Made by a program: the position numbers and the translations under genes. Below are positions 51,089-63,900 of a stretch of DNA of 64,000 bases, in pieces; positions within the stretch are counted from its first letter, which is position 1, and every line of letters begins with the position of its first letter. The DNA is taken from NCBI GenBank assembly GCA_910592345.1, contig CAJVPI010000029.1, forward strand, positions 1 through 64,000, given 5' to 3'. Origin of the DNA: Paraglomus brasilianum (taxonomy: Eukaryota). The notes below the pieces were generated by a model. It did no database searches, was not told the origin of the DNA, and was given only the letters and a program-made list of their open reading frames with translations.

Positions 51089-52354
51089 ATGACAAACCGA
51101 AATTCAAATGTATCCGCCGACTCACTCTTCAGGATCGCAGACAGATCGGTCCTCCGGTCACCCATGCCAAGACACATAAGCTCACTTCATTCCATAGGGA
51201 CAGCTGCTCCTACTTCACCTCATAAACGTAGTCCAATAAAACCCGGGAAGTTTGTACGGCCGACGCCTATAGTGCCTGCACTCGGCATACCAACGACGTA
51301 TAATGTCACTAGCTCGCCGTCAGCTTATGACAGTTTAAAACAGAATACAATCCCGGAGAAGTTTTCCTCATCAGAAGCGCGTTTACCGGAGCCAAGTAAC
51401 GATTTTAGCCTTGTATCTACTGAGAAAAAGGTCGCACCAAGTTTCGAGGTAAGCTCGCTTCCTAGTCCTTTGATAGAAGACGATTATCGACCGGAGAAAG
51501 GAATATACATGACTCGTTGGCATTTGAGATGCATTTCTGCATGTGGATTGAACCTTCCGGATGATCTTAGTGTTTGGGTAGTGTTGAAAGGAATACGGAA
51601 ATACAAGGGACAATGGAAGGACTGGCATTCATCAGCGATTGTCGATAGAGTTGACTCGCGAACCGTGCAGACATTAAGTGGACAAAAGTACTACCTAGCT
51701 GGCGACGTCATTGCTGATACAATGATAGAAGATGGTGAATACTATGATGTTATCTGCCTTTGTGTGAGTAATTGACGGCAAACGACCTAACAGTACTTGT
51801 TTAATAATTCTAGGATTTTCATCAGAGTTAATAACTCGATTTTCGCAAGGATTTCCTTCAGATTGGAAAACAGTGTTGGCTGTTGAATTCGAAAGACATC
51901 AAAGCCATAGAATAATGACGATGACATCAACGCCTACAAAGCCTAAAAAAGTCGCGAATTACGATCAAAATGACTGTGCGGATGACCTGTCTACCAAATC
52001 ACCGGCCCGTAGGGTTTCTAACACAAATAAGGATTTGTTCTCGAATACAAATAAGGATTTGTTCTCGAATACAAATAGGGATTTGTTCTCGAATACAAAT
52101 AGGGATTTGTTTTCTAATACAAATGAGGATTTGTTTAATGAGGCCGAACCGACTCCGCCATCACCAGAGACGACGGTAGTGGATTCTGACGACGTAAGTT
52201 CTTTACTACGATCATTGGGCACGACATGGCGATCTATCATATACATTTATAATACTTTTCTTCCGCATAGGTGATTCTACCAAAAGATGTAATTGCTGTC
52301 ACTCGCTCAGGACGTCGAATAAAACGACCCGGTGCTTGGTGGGTCAGCCATTAA
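51089..52354 (+). CDS. KNL2: KNL2/M18BP1-like CENP-A loading factor: SANTA domain plus C-terminal CENP-C-like motif, about 369 aa
   Basis: Exons 51089-51734, 51814-52193, 52271-52354 total 1110 nt. SANTA: YMTRWHL...WHSSAIVDRVDSRTVQTLSGQKYYLAG...GFSSELITRFSQGFPSDWK. C-terminus VTRSGRRIKRPGAWWV. The start codon is tentative. Confidence 0.85.
52017..52136 (+). repeat. Coding 24-bp minisatellite x5 encoding SNTN(K/R/E)DLF
   Basis: tcgaatacaaataaggatttgttc-type units repeated five times in exon 2 of the KNL2-like gene. Confidence 0.95.
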
Positions 52355-53619
52355 ACACATTTACAGAGTCACGTGATATATTTGTAATTACAGTATTCCA
52401 CTAATATGTTCGATGCTTGCAGGAGAAATTACTATTTGACACGATATGTTCATAGCTAATCTTTTTTGTACATATTCTGGCCCGATCTGATATATTACCC
52501 ATTACTGATACCAAGTAATGTAAAATAATGTAAAGCCACAGATGTAAAGTAGCTGATGGAGAATGTGCAATGATTATTTCTGAACAGTGACTAATGGATA
52601 TAGCGATCCAATTGTCATGATTTACCGTTCAAGATCCTAATACTTATCCGTCCCTCCATTTAAACTGCCTAATACAGGTACCTTGATTACTTATCCGTCA
52701 CAGTCCTAAGCTAGTGAAGTGCTGCCTTTTTTCAAGAAGCATGCCTACTGTTAGTAATAAACAATAAATTGCAATTGTAACCAATTATGTAATTTGCAAG
52801 ATGGTCCAATGGTAATATATCAGATCTCTATTAATATAGTTGTTACGGTCTTTGAACAACTGACACATAAATCCATCGCTTACTACAAATTGTATTATAA
52901 GTTATCAAACATTTCAGAAAATGCCACAGAGAATGGAGAATGTTAGATTAGCGATGTCTTAACAACGCGCACCCAACCAACGCGAAAACAACAATGTACA
53001 TTCTCGCTATCTCTATCAAATCTATTTATTTCACACTCACTCAATGCTACTCTTATTTATTGTAAGGGTATATCAAGTCAACGCGAATAGATATACGACG
53101 ACTTATCGTTAAGCAAGAAGAGTTAAACTGTAAGTATGAAGTTTGAACAGATAACAAAAAGTTTTTTATGATTGAATGTCAATACGTAGCCAAGATCTCA
53201 TTCAAGAGTGTCGCAAAAAAAAAAAAGAGAGAAAGAAAAGAGAAGATTTAACATGTAAACATTTGGACTGAAAGTCCAACTCCCCTGAACGCTAAGGTAT
53301 GCTATTCATGCGTTAGTATACGTTTAGTACTACAAAGCTCTCTCAGGCGACCGCACATACCGTTTGAATTTTGTTGAAACAAACAAATTGACTAAATAGA
53401 AAAAATATGTGTAATAAGGCCCTTTGTTCAGAATAAAACCATTGAACGTGATGAGCTTATTAACAGTGAGGACTTTATATTAATTTATTTAGTTGATTCA
53501 TTGATATGAAATAGACCAAAACCAACACCATAGTAATCTATTTTTAAAAGGAACGTTGATGACGTTATCGATGATTCCTGCTGTGTTAAATTTGAAGATG
53601 AGAAATACGTGTATATGTT

Positions 53620-53712
53620 GTACCTCAGTTGGACCTGTCTCGGCTCAGCCCAGTCACAGTCACTCGGTCCAGAACTCGGTCCAGAACTGAGCTCGGTCCC
53701 CAACTGAGGCAC
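53620..53712. repeat. 93-bp foldback element with 13-bp inverted termini and internal CTCGGTCC(AGAA) repeats
   Basis: gtacctcagttgg (53620-53632) vs ccaactgaggcac (53700-53712), 12/13 inverted match. A GC-rich island in AT-rich DNA. Confidence 0.55.
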
Positions 53713-54673
53713 CAGTGTAACAGACGTTAAAAATGTGCCTGTCACAAATGTGTCAATAAAATTGCGCCCTAATGTCACAAAATGCGTTCGCGCTTTAAGA
53801 ATACAGAATTAGGTTCGTGACAGGGGTTCAAAATTGCACCCTGTCTTGTATAAACGCCAGTTATATTTCATTGTTAAAGTTCGTGTTGTAATGTATACAC
53901 GTAAAGCGTCGAGTTGTAATGATCTTAATAATAATAGATTTATTCATTGTTTATAATTTTATATTAATATCATATTAAATGAAATACCGCAATAACGTAA
54001 TTGAATTGTTGTCTGCAATTATTAAATGAGCTCATTTTCTAGGTATGGATGAGAACGAATATGAGGAATTCCTTAAAAAGACGCGTCTAAGTTTATCTCC
54101 CTTTATAAGCGGACGCCGGGGTATCAGACCAGACAGATATTCGATTATCGGTGCAATATTTAATTAGATTAACACAACATTTTTATACCTTGGCAATATG
54201 AGGGGCATAAAGAGCCGCCTGCAAATTTCAATTGATGTAAGGAAGACCACGTTTAGAGCTAAATTTTGTGGGCACAAACGCTCCCCTAGGCGACAAACAT
54301 AATAATACGAAACTAAGCATATAATTTCAATATAAAATAAATCAAATAAAAAATCGTCCAACAAATGTTCCCACTGCAAACAAAAATGCAAACCGTTGCA
54401 AGTAATCATCGAAATAAAATGGCATATAATATAATAATATTATTATTAGCGAAGGCATGCGAGGCCCAAATACCGAAAAAAAACCCCCCCGAGAGAAGAA
54501 GGAGGGAAAAAAATGTAGCTGGTATTGATGCTCACAGAATTTGTCAATGTGCCTGGTTAACTTTTTTAATACTAACTCAATGCTCATCAAGTGGGAAATT
54601 ATAGTCTCTATAACCACATAGCATAACACTTGGCTGGATGTTACTACAGAAGTAGCCTTCCTCTGACTACTAC

Positions 54674-54693
54674 TATCGCGAGGGACTTTTATT
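54674..54693 (-). mobile_element. 20-bp LINE 3'-terminal micro-insertion with 7-10 bp TSD
   Basis: tatcgcgagggacttttatt is identical to 17210-17229. It is flanked by ctactac(tat) at 54667 and 54694. Confidence 0.75.
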
Positions 54694-55858
54694 CTACTAC
54701 TATTGCTCCCATTCCTCATAAAATTACTAGTTAATATTAATGAGCACGTGGCCAAGTAATTTCACTGACAATAAAGATATTGGTATGCCCAAAACTAAAT
54801 GACTGAAGGACTGAAATAAACTATTAACAGAGAAAAATTACGCAAAGTGCTCCTTACTATTACCATTTAATTGAGAAAGTAGAGTTAAATATGTTATGAG
54901 AATAAGAAAAGTTAGATACGAAACAGAGTGTTATTCGATATGAACAACTTTGTCGAATAGTGCAATTGGATTAAGCGGACAATTGGAAATACTTTGGCAT
55001 GAGATTTGTCATCATTACTATGGCCATCACGTTAAATCAATCGTAGACGCTAATGATATTACTTATAAATTACTAATGCTTCGTGTCCATTATACAATAT
55101 AAAAAACTTGTTTCGAAAATTAACTCACGTGATCGACTTTTTTTTTTGATGCCAAGTAATGTTATTGTATATCGCTTGTTTCCATTGTCCAATGATGTAG
55201 GGATACGTTTCGTATCGATCATTCTCGATTGCGCATTTTCCCACATTCATTTATTACTCCCATGAACAAGGTCTTTTGTAAGCATTATAAATTCCATTCA
55301 AAAACTCCTTGTCCCCATCATAATCAATCATCCCACACAGTATGCAATCTGTGCGCCTCTATTACATAATGGAATTATTGTTTCTTGTTGACTATGAATG
55401 TGTCTGTCCATGAATTGTCTCGGAGATTACAACGATGCGGGTACGTACCCTGGTCAGAGAAGAGGAGAGGGCTGAGTAGTCTTTTTTTAACACAAGATGT
55501 GAAATTCTCCGAAGCGAAAGCTGATGTTTCCTCATTTGGTTATGAACAAACAGTGAGACAATGGTGTAACGAAACATTTAGGGGTCAGAATTGTCTGTCA
55601 TATTCGCTCCACCACCCCATTTTTACTTTACTCTTGTACATATTATTAGTATCAATGTGGTTATTAAAAGCAAAGTCGATGATGCCATTGAAAGTCATCG
55701 TTTGCAATATAAAGAATGGACTTATGCATGGCTTAGATGTATTACTATTAATATCAATATAATCGCTTCTCAAATACAAACGTACCTTTTTATAGAAAAC
55801 CAGTTTGCATACTAATTTGTCTATCAAAGCCATTGACTCGAACAAATGGTTGAATAAC

Positions 55859-55878
55859 TATCGCGAGGAACTTTTATT
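55859..55878 (-). mobile_element. 20-bp LINE 3'-terminal micro-insertion with perfect 16-bp TSD
   Basis: tatcgcgaggaacttttatt (19/20 match to 17210-17229) lies between caaatggttgaataac at 55843-55858 and 55879-55894. Confidence 0.85.
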
Positions 55879-58800
55879 CAAATGGTTGAATAACAAGTAG
55901 GTCCTGCTTTCAAACTCGGAGTGATCTTGTTCAACGACATTTTTATCGCGTAACGGTTTTAGGCAGAAACTTTGGTGGTGCTAACCAAATGTTTCTACCG
56001 ACATGGGTTTCGCAAAAGATAAGATCAACCATTAAATCGGAGTACATACTCACGGAACACCTAAAGAATGGGGGGGTGGATAGACCCGTCTCAATGGAAA
56101 ACTACATCTCCATTGGTACAGCTGACGTTTGTCTTTGGCGATGATGAGCAAGTAGCAATTACTTAATACACAATGTTTCATCTTTGCAGAAAATGCTACG
56201 CAAAAATCTTTATCCCAACTCCAAATGGAAGTTATAAACCAATCCGGGAAATGAGCATATGTCCCGATCAGTTACCTCAAAAGATACATCTCCATTGTTA
56301 TAATGAGCAGGCAAGCAGCAATTAGTATTCGGGTTAAAAGAAAGTACTTAATACACAAAAATCTTTTTTTTTTTATTGACAGACTTTATCCCAATTCTAA
56401 TCTATATACAAATGTGGTTATCTTTGAAAACCTAATTTGGAAATATGAAGAAAGGGAAAGCGAGCTAATAATTCAATGGTTACCTTTCATTTTAGGAAGT
56501 GCTCTTGACATGGTGATTTTTGGTAAAAGAGTGTTAAAAAGGAATACAATGAGATAGTTAATTCCTTTCAGAAGATTAAAACAAGATACCAAAAGTTAGA
56601 TAGTCAGGAAGAAGGATCCTATGCTTATGATGACAATCAACTCTAATTCGGTCAAACTATATAATAAGGAATAAATAAATTTATTGTAAAGGTAAAAAGA
56701 GAAGATCGTTGAATTAAAACGCATTGGTCACCGAGGTCTTGCATTATGCAATAAACCCCTTACCAGAGCAACTAACGTTCTAACAGTTGTGACATATTTA
56801 TGATGTCAGGCATTTAATAGCTATTAAATATTGTTTATAGTAGATGTTAATTTCTTTTGTTCAATCAATCCAACCCCATAATATGGTGTCACAGTTGTTA
56901 ACCCCCCGAAATCACGATTTGTTTACATATTAATATGGGTTAACGAAACGTACAATACGCATAATATATTAACCGCGCATTTGCAGTGTCCAATGCGCAG
57001 TCCCTGGATTCGCACATACATATTGTATTGGTATTGGTATACACCAACACACTAACACTAACACACTAACACATGTTATCGGTGTACATTCGGCCGTCAT
57101 TGCGTATATTTGAACAATGGAACAGACAATACGAAGGGGGTAATAGTCAATCACATGAGAGTGCTACACAGAGAATGGGGTAAGCAGTGTCAATAAACCA
57201 TTTACAATCGTATACAACCGTTCATTGTATTGCGTATGTTTTTGCAGATGAGAGTAACCGATGCCAGTATGTGCGATAATAATAATAAATTCAATGAATT
57301 CTTATCATCCGGATCTGGAATCGGGTGATGTACGCATCTATTAATATTATTTGTCAAGGGCTGGGTTGTTGCCTTGCCTTGCATAAACATAAAAAACTGG
57401 CTGTTTTTATAGCCTCATTCACGGTTCATTCGGGTTAGCATAATCTTCGCCCCGGGGCTGTGTGTATCGGCTATTAATAGACGCTAACACGCATTTTTAT
57501 ACGTTGATATAGTATTCGCTTTACGTTGGTTTTTGCGTTTAAAAAAGGACATGCCTAGCCGTTGGGAAAATGGCTGGTGTTTGTTGTTGTCAATATGGTT
57601 GGTTCACTGACTCACGTAAGCAATGGGATTTACACTAAATGAGCTGTCCAATGCGTATTACAATGGATCGAGTAAAATCGGCCTTTGCGAATCGGGACTA
57701 TTTATTATATAACACAAGATACACAATAAAGTTACAATCACATATACACACGAATCGAAAGCATCATCCAGGCACAACCGATATTCTTATAGTGTTTGTT
57801 ATCGATTCCATGCGATGACGGTATTTCCCGCTTTATATTAAAACCAGTGCTCCACAAAAGTCTTCATTCAAACAAGTATGTGTTATATTTTAATTCATTA
57901 AATCTTAAATTTAAGTTGACCAATTCAATATAATCGTCCCGCGCGCTATCATAAATAACAAGTTATTTGTTACCTACCAGTAATTCCCGCTAACTATATT
58001 ACACACTGTCCTCTTCTAGAAGGGGACCAGTCAACTTGCAGTACGCTATGAATGAGATAACCCGAAATTAAGGTTGTCGACCGACCTTTTATGATTACAA
58101 ATCCCAAACTTGTTTCCCTTGTTTCGTTCACTCGGTCGATAAGATGTCGTCTATATATTTTTCCCCCCCTCGAAATGCTGATTTCCATTCGTGCTTGCCC
58201 CAAATGGCGCATCCAATATCATCCATTCAATGCGCGATAACCTGCTCGTAATTAAATTTTCGCTTTTGTGCACTAGTACTCGCATCATTTCGACATCTCC
58301 GTATGGAATGCACTAGAACATACATAATCATACCATAATGCAGCGACTGCATATGTGTAAGACATATACAATTCATTACAGACATTGTGTCTTTACTACA
58401 TGTTCTCATTTGTTATACTGTCCACCTTAATAAAGACGGAGAGGAAAAAACAACCAAGAATTCCCGGGAAAAAGAGATGGCGTATACCATATTGATAGCC
58501 ACAAGTGGTATGTTGTTGGCCAAGTTTGTTGTCGAAAAGTGTAAGCAAAAGATACATCTTGGTAACGATAGTGAAATCAGACGTATCGACATGTGCTACG
58601 ATTACTTATGCATGTAAGATTCCTATTAATTTATGATAAACTATAATCCCATGTCCCATTGTCCAGATGTGGCCTGTTGATCTTAATATGTTTCCCCTTG
58701 AGAGGGTATGGTTCGTGAACTATTAGGTGAATGATTAACGAAAAATGTTTTGTAGTTCAAACAGCATATTATAACCAATTATATCAAATACTCCCCCTGC

Positions 58801-58926
58801 ATTTTTTTTCTTTTACCTATTTCTAGGCTGTAACCTCGGGGGGATACCCGTTATGGGATTTTATGCTCCCAAACATGATGGTAATAAAGTCGACGTAACT
58901 TGTATCTGGGTTCTAGGCTAGTCATT

Positions 58927-58971
58927 CTCACTTTCTCACTCTCACTCTCTCACTCTTTTTTTTTTTTTTTT
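58927..58971. repeat. CTCACT-type short repeats followed by poly-T
   Basis: ctcactttctcactctcactctctcactc then a T run of about 16. Confidence 0.7.
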
Positions 58972-60594
58972 CGCACAGCAGTGGTTACACAATTGCTACG
59001 TGATACTAAGGGAGGGCTCTGATTGGCGTGGTATAGTAGATACCATTCCTGTCGATATTTCATGCATCTCGCAGAATGTCTTACATGAAGATTGTAAGTG
59101 AAAAATTGTAATACAAACGAAAGGTTTTTAGTTCCGAAATTGAACCTTAAGTTTACGTAAGCAGATAGAAAGGGAAATTACCTTCTTAATTTTTCTTACC
59201 TGTCAAAAAAACTTAATGATCATACGATTTGTCGATTAGCCTAAAAAAGTTTACGAACTAAAAAGTCAAGTAGTATTTTATTTGTTTATGACATAAAGTT
59301 TAGGTGGCGACGAATAACCGTTGTGCACTGCTCACGATCACGCCACTCGGGTAGTTTTAAGAGTGGTTTTGATGTATTCCAAGTATTCCTCAATTACCTG
59401 TCTTTTCACGTGTACAAGATCGTAGTACAGTCAGTTATTTATTTGCTATTTTCCTCTATCTTTTAACAAGAAGGTCTGTTACCCACCCCGGCACCAAAAT
59501 GCCATCCCGCCTGTCATCCATAATTGAGACAACAATGCTACCTAATCGGGCAAGCACCGAGCCATTCCAGACGAGGGGTTAGTTAATATTTTCCCAGCCT
59601 GACTGGAGGGATTTCAATCAATTAATATTTATTTATTTGGTAACCATACGAATTCTATGTTAACGACAGGAATGCAGGTGCTCGAATATCACTGCATACT
59701 CAACAAATGATTATAATAAAAAACAATGTGTGTTGGTCACAAAAAAGCAGATATGTGATTGTATTACTATATATCGACATAAAATATATACGCAGTATTA
59801 TACTTGTGTATAATTAACAGATTTCATGATTCAATTACTTTTTATGTGCTTGTACTGACCCGGTTTTGATATTAATACTTTACAACTATTGGTATCCTGT
59901 TATACCATTTATTATAAATACAACTTCATTCTGGAACATTTGCATGCTCATGAGTAATGATGCCGATCATCCAGGCATTGACCTTTAATGAACATGCAAA
60001 CTTACACTAGAAGATACGAACAAACACTGTGGATCCCAACAACTACGTTATTTCCGTTCTATTGTATTCACATGTTATTTGCTGTGGATAGCCGCAGATA
60101 GCCCCCATCAACCTCGAATCATTACATCTTACGTCAAACTTCTATTCTTAATCCAACCATACATCATTCCTTTTACGACACCTACAGCCACATCCACACC
60201 CCGTCCCCCCTCTCTGCCCACATACCCTTCATCACACAAAGTACAATTCTGTAAATCGCGGGTTTCAACATTTATATGCATATATGCACTACTCACAACA
60301 ATACATTCGAATTCACATTCAACGCCCATTATAGTAGTAGTTATTCCTGTATATATGTATTGATACTTTATACTACAAATACGGTATCTGAAAACATATA
60401 AATTGCGCTCACCCGGGAGTATCATCTACCTTGGTATCCGACTTAATACTCTCCAACAACCGATACGGTTGACGCTACGACGATTTACAAAATTTGTGCA
60501 TATCTATTCTTCCTATCGAACAAACCCAAAAATTCATCATTCGCTCAACACATCTACTTTTTTGACATTGCTCTTTCGCCCTCAATCCCATACA

Positions 60595-60915
60595 ATGACT
60601 TCTACTTCGACTCCATCATCCAAACAACCACTTCCTCGACAACGAAAGAATACTCTTAGTATTATCATTCACGCCACAATGCAGCTCCTCTCGTCCCCAC
60701 CCTCTTCCCCTACTGACTCCACTGTCAATGGAGCTATTCTCTCACAATCATCATTTTCATCCACTTCACGTGACGACTCATCAGAATACTTTTCATTCCC
60801 AGACTATGAAGCTTATATTAAGGATGTGGAAGAGACCGAAAAGATGGTTGTACAGATGGAAGAGTTTGACGAAATGGTTGTCAACGGAGTTAGAATACGC
60901 TCACCAAAGAATTAA
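60595..60915 (+). CDS. Small hypothetical protein, 106 aa, Ser/Pro-rich with YFSFPDYE motif
   Basis: ACAATGA start context. MTSTSTPSSKQPLPRQRKNTLSIIIHATMQLLSSPPSSP...SEYFSFPDYEAYIKDVEE...; C-rich leader upstream and AT-rich trailer downstream. Confidence 0.6.
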   Translation: MTSTSTPSSKQPLPRQRKNTLSIIIHATMQLLSSPPSSPTDSTVNGAILSQSSFSSTSRDDSSEYFSFPDYEAYIKDVEETEKMVVQMEEFDEMVVNGVRIRSPKN

Positions 60916-63900
60916 AAAAAAAAAAAGTAGAAACCTTCAAAAGTATGGAATATAATAGATGTGATATGATGACAAGTGGCATAAATGGAGATGTTTAATA
61001 ATAGAATTGTTATCGCATGTTCAATGTTTGGATCTATTAATCGGATGGTTGAAAAAAACAAAACGGAAATCGACATATTCTTTCGTAAAATCGACATACA
61101 AATGAACACTTAATTAAATGGAAAAGGCTTGAGAAGCTTCTTTTAGCAACGACAATACATTATTATATGAACTTGGCCACTTATTACACAGTGGACCATG
61201 CTATGGTTTATTTTTATATGCTCTAATAGGATGTATATTATATTACTGTATCTTCTCTTTATATTACTATTTTAAAAATTGTTCCACAATCTATCGATCT
61301 CTTTTTACATTTGGAAAGGGGAAGAAAACCCAACAAAACTGTTTATGAATAATTAATTTCAAAAGTTACGACATTTCGAGTACAGACGAGCATAAAAAAA
61401 CGTTATTTACTAAATAGGATAAACGACAACTCTTTTCCTTTTTTCTGTAATCTTTTTTTTTTGCTCTCCCCCGTCGTCAGTATTATGCTTTTTTTTCGTA
61501 CTGCTCATCCGCAATGTTTGGTTAATTTCATGTATCCCCTTCGACGCTTACTTCTCTGATCCCAGGAAAGGGAAAGTTTTTGTATTATCTATAGTTTAGA
61601 GCACCACTTTTTCTTCGTGGATATGAATTGCTTTTTCGAGACGAGACTGGATGAAAGTGAACTATATTTCAAAGTTACGTCTATTTGTTTGAAGTAGAAA
61701 TTCTCTTTGTTATGACCAATTCTTATATCGTAAGAGCAAACGACTATTCACCCATCGATTCGATTTTTTATTCGCTTAGTTATACAACAAACTTTCCTTA
61801 TTCTTTTTTGCATCAGAGACGTAAAAATTGTTTATTTATATTACTTGTAAATATTGTTTATATTCGTCTTTTTTTTTTTCTTTGCTAAAAAAATTATCTT
61901 CTTTAGTCAATTAATTTCTTCGTCTTTTTTTTTATACGCAATTTTCTTTTGGGAATGGAAGAAACAAATGCGCTAAGTTTATGTTTTTATTTCGCCGAAA
62001 ATTACTTGCTCATACTTTGTTGTTTTTCGAGACTGAACGAAACGTTTTAGTTCTTTTTCTTTTGCTTCTCTTTATTATATCGAATTCATTTTGACAATTT
62101 TTTTTATTATCTATTAAAAACTCGATACATTTCCGTTCGTCTTTATTTTGTTTTGCGAGACAAATATTCGAATTTATCTTTTGTCATGTAAAAGAAATAA
62201 ATAGTAAACTATATGAACAGAAATCGTTATGCGCGATAATGATGCTGAAGCCATAGACAAGCATGTTTTATGCTGGCTTGGAACCGCCAACTTTCATAGC
62301 TGCTTTACTATTTGCAACGAACTAGTTGTTTGTTTAAACGTTATGCAAACAGATTTCTCAAACGTCGGATGGAAAACTTTGCTCGCTATTGCAGATTTGG
62401 TTTCTTTCCGCAAGATAAAGGAAAGGAACGGCACGGCAACATAGCTACACTTATCAAAATCATAACTTTCAATACGAAATCCATCTTGCAAGATAATCAG
62501 GTACATTACAAAAGTTTCACTGCGAGGTGGTTGATGTGAGTGTTCGTGAGAACTATATATTGATTTTACTTGCGCCCACCATTGGAGCATATTAATATGG
62601 TATATTGTTTTTATCACAAAGGGCAATGGCAGTTGAGTACAACTTTAATATATTCGGTGTATGTCCATAAAGTCAATTGGCAGATGTTTACTGTTACTGC
62701 CTCTGAAGATGTGGTTGCTTTTTCTTCTTCATTTCTTCGTACGTATATCCATGCCCAAGGTAAAGGATCCCTATTGCCTGATATTAATCTCGGCAAACAT
62801 GATAACGCCACCATGTATTCGGGAGTCATAGTCATAGATTTGTTCTACCCGGCAACAACATGAAAGTCGGTTTATATTCATATTACCTTTATTCTATACC
62901 TACACTTAATGCCTGAGAAACTGCTATCAAAGCATAATAATACGTGGTGCACAGCGCCTTGCGTCAACGATGTGTTGCAAAAGTTCTGATTTGATATCAG
63001 CTTGTTATATAATAATTTTATTTTCCTCCCGGTTTTGAGCTATATTATCAAAGATGCGTTCAAGTTCCCTTTTTTTATTACATCTCCATTACCATATCAT
63101 CTATCACTAAATTGGTTATTCCACTAGTAGGTGCTCTCATCAGCTTACTTCCCTTGACAGATTTGGCAAGTAGGTAAGTTAAAGGGGGGGCAGGTACTCA
63201 TAAACTCTTGTCAAAAGATTTCTTGTCATATAGCACGATTACTGAAAATCACTGTATTGTGTATATGATATCTCAAATCTGATAGCGATAGGGATAGTAC
63301 CCAGAATTAGTTAATGAAATGACACAATAGTCATCAACTGCGGCGAAATAATAAAAACTCAAAGCACAGTAAATAATAAAGGACCCTCTCTGTAAACAAA
63401 AGAACGCGTTTTGCTTGCAAGATAACAAGCACTTTCACGAACAGTGATATGCATGCCATCAACTTTAAAATTTTGTAATCTGTTGTTGCTGAACCTCAGA
63501 AGTTAATTTCCTTTAGTATAGCAAATTAGCATAATTCTAAAAATCAATCATCAGTAATGAACTAAGAGAAGCCTTTCAAACCAGAACAAGATAGTTTCTT
63601 AAAGGCACAAATTAAAGCAATGGATGGTGGATAAAAAAAAACATACTATTGCTGGGAATTACAATACACATTTATGTCAAGAAACTTATCTTAATATGTC
63701 AGGCATTGGTAGAACATACATAGTGGCTCTCTTTATAGAATCAAACAAGTTTCTACACTATAACGAGATATACACAAAAAAGAAATCTCACTATATAGTG
63801 TATTTTAATAATACACTCCCCTAGCATAAATTACCGGATTTCATGAAACTTTATTAGTAAAACATATGAAAAGTCTTTCTTTTCAAAAATCTCTCCTGTC

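Noticed and set aside
43310..52354. Functional cluster of chromosome-architecture genes (TFC3 next to KNL2, Bqt3-like further upstream)
   Set aside because: Adjacency alone in a eukaryote is not evidence of a system; it would need conserved synteny, which cannot be seen here.
53468..53480. gaggactttat resembling the LINE 3' micro-insertion
   Set aside because: Lacks the tatcgc end and has no flanking duplication.
59024..59060. TGGCGTGGTATAGTAG A-box-like motif
   Set aside because: No downstream B-box or tRNA fold.
62229..62863. Cluster of overlapping 70-110 aa ORFs on both strands
   Set aside because: No recognisable motif or consistent splice model; possibly a decayed relic but cannot be assigned.
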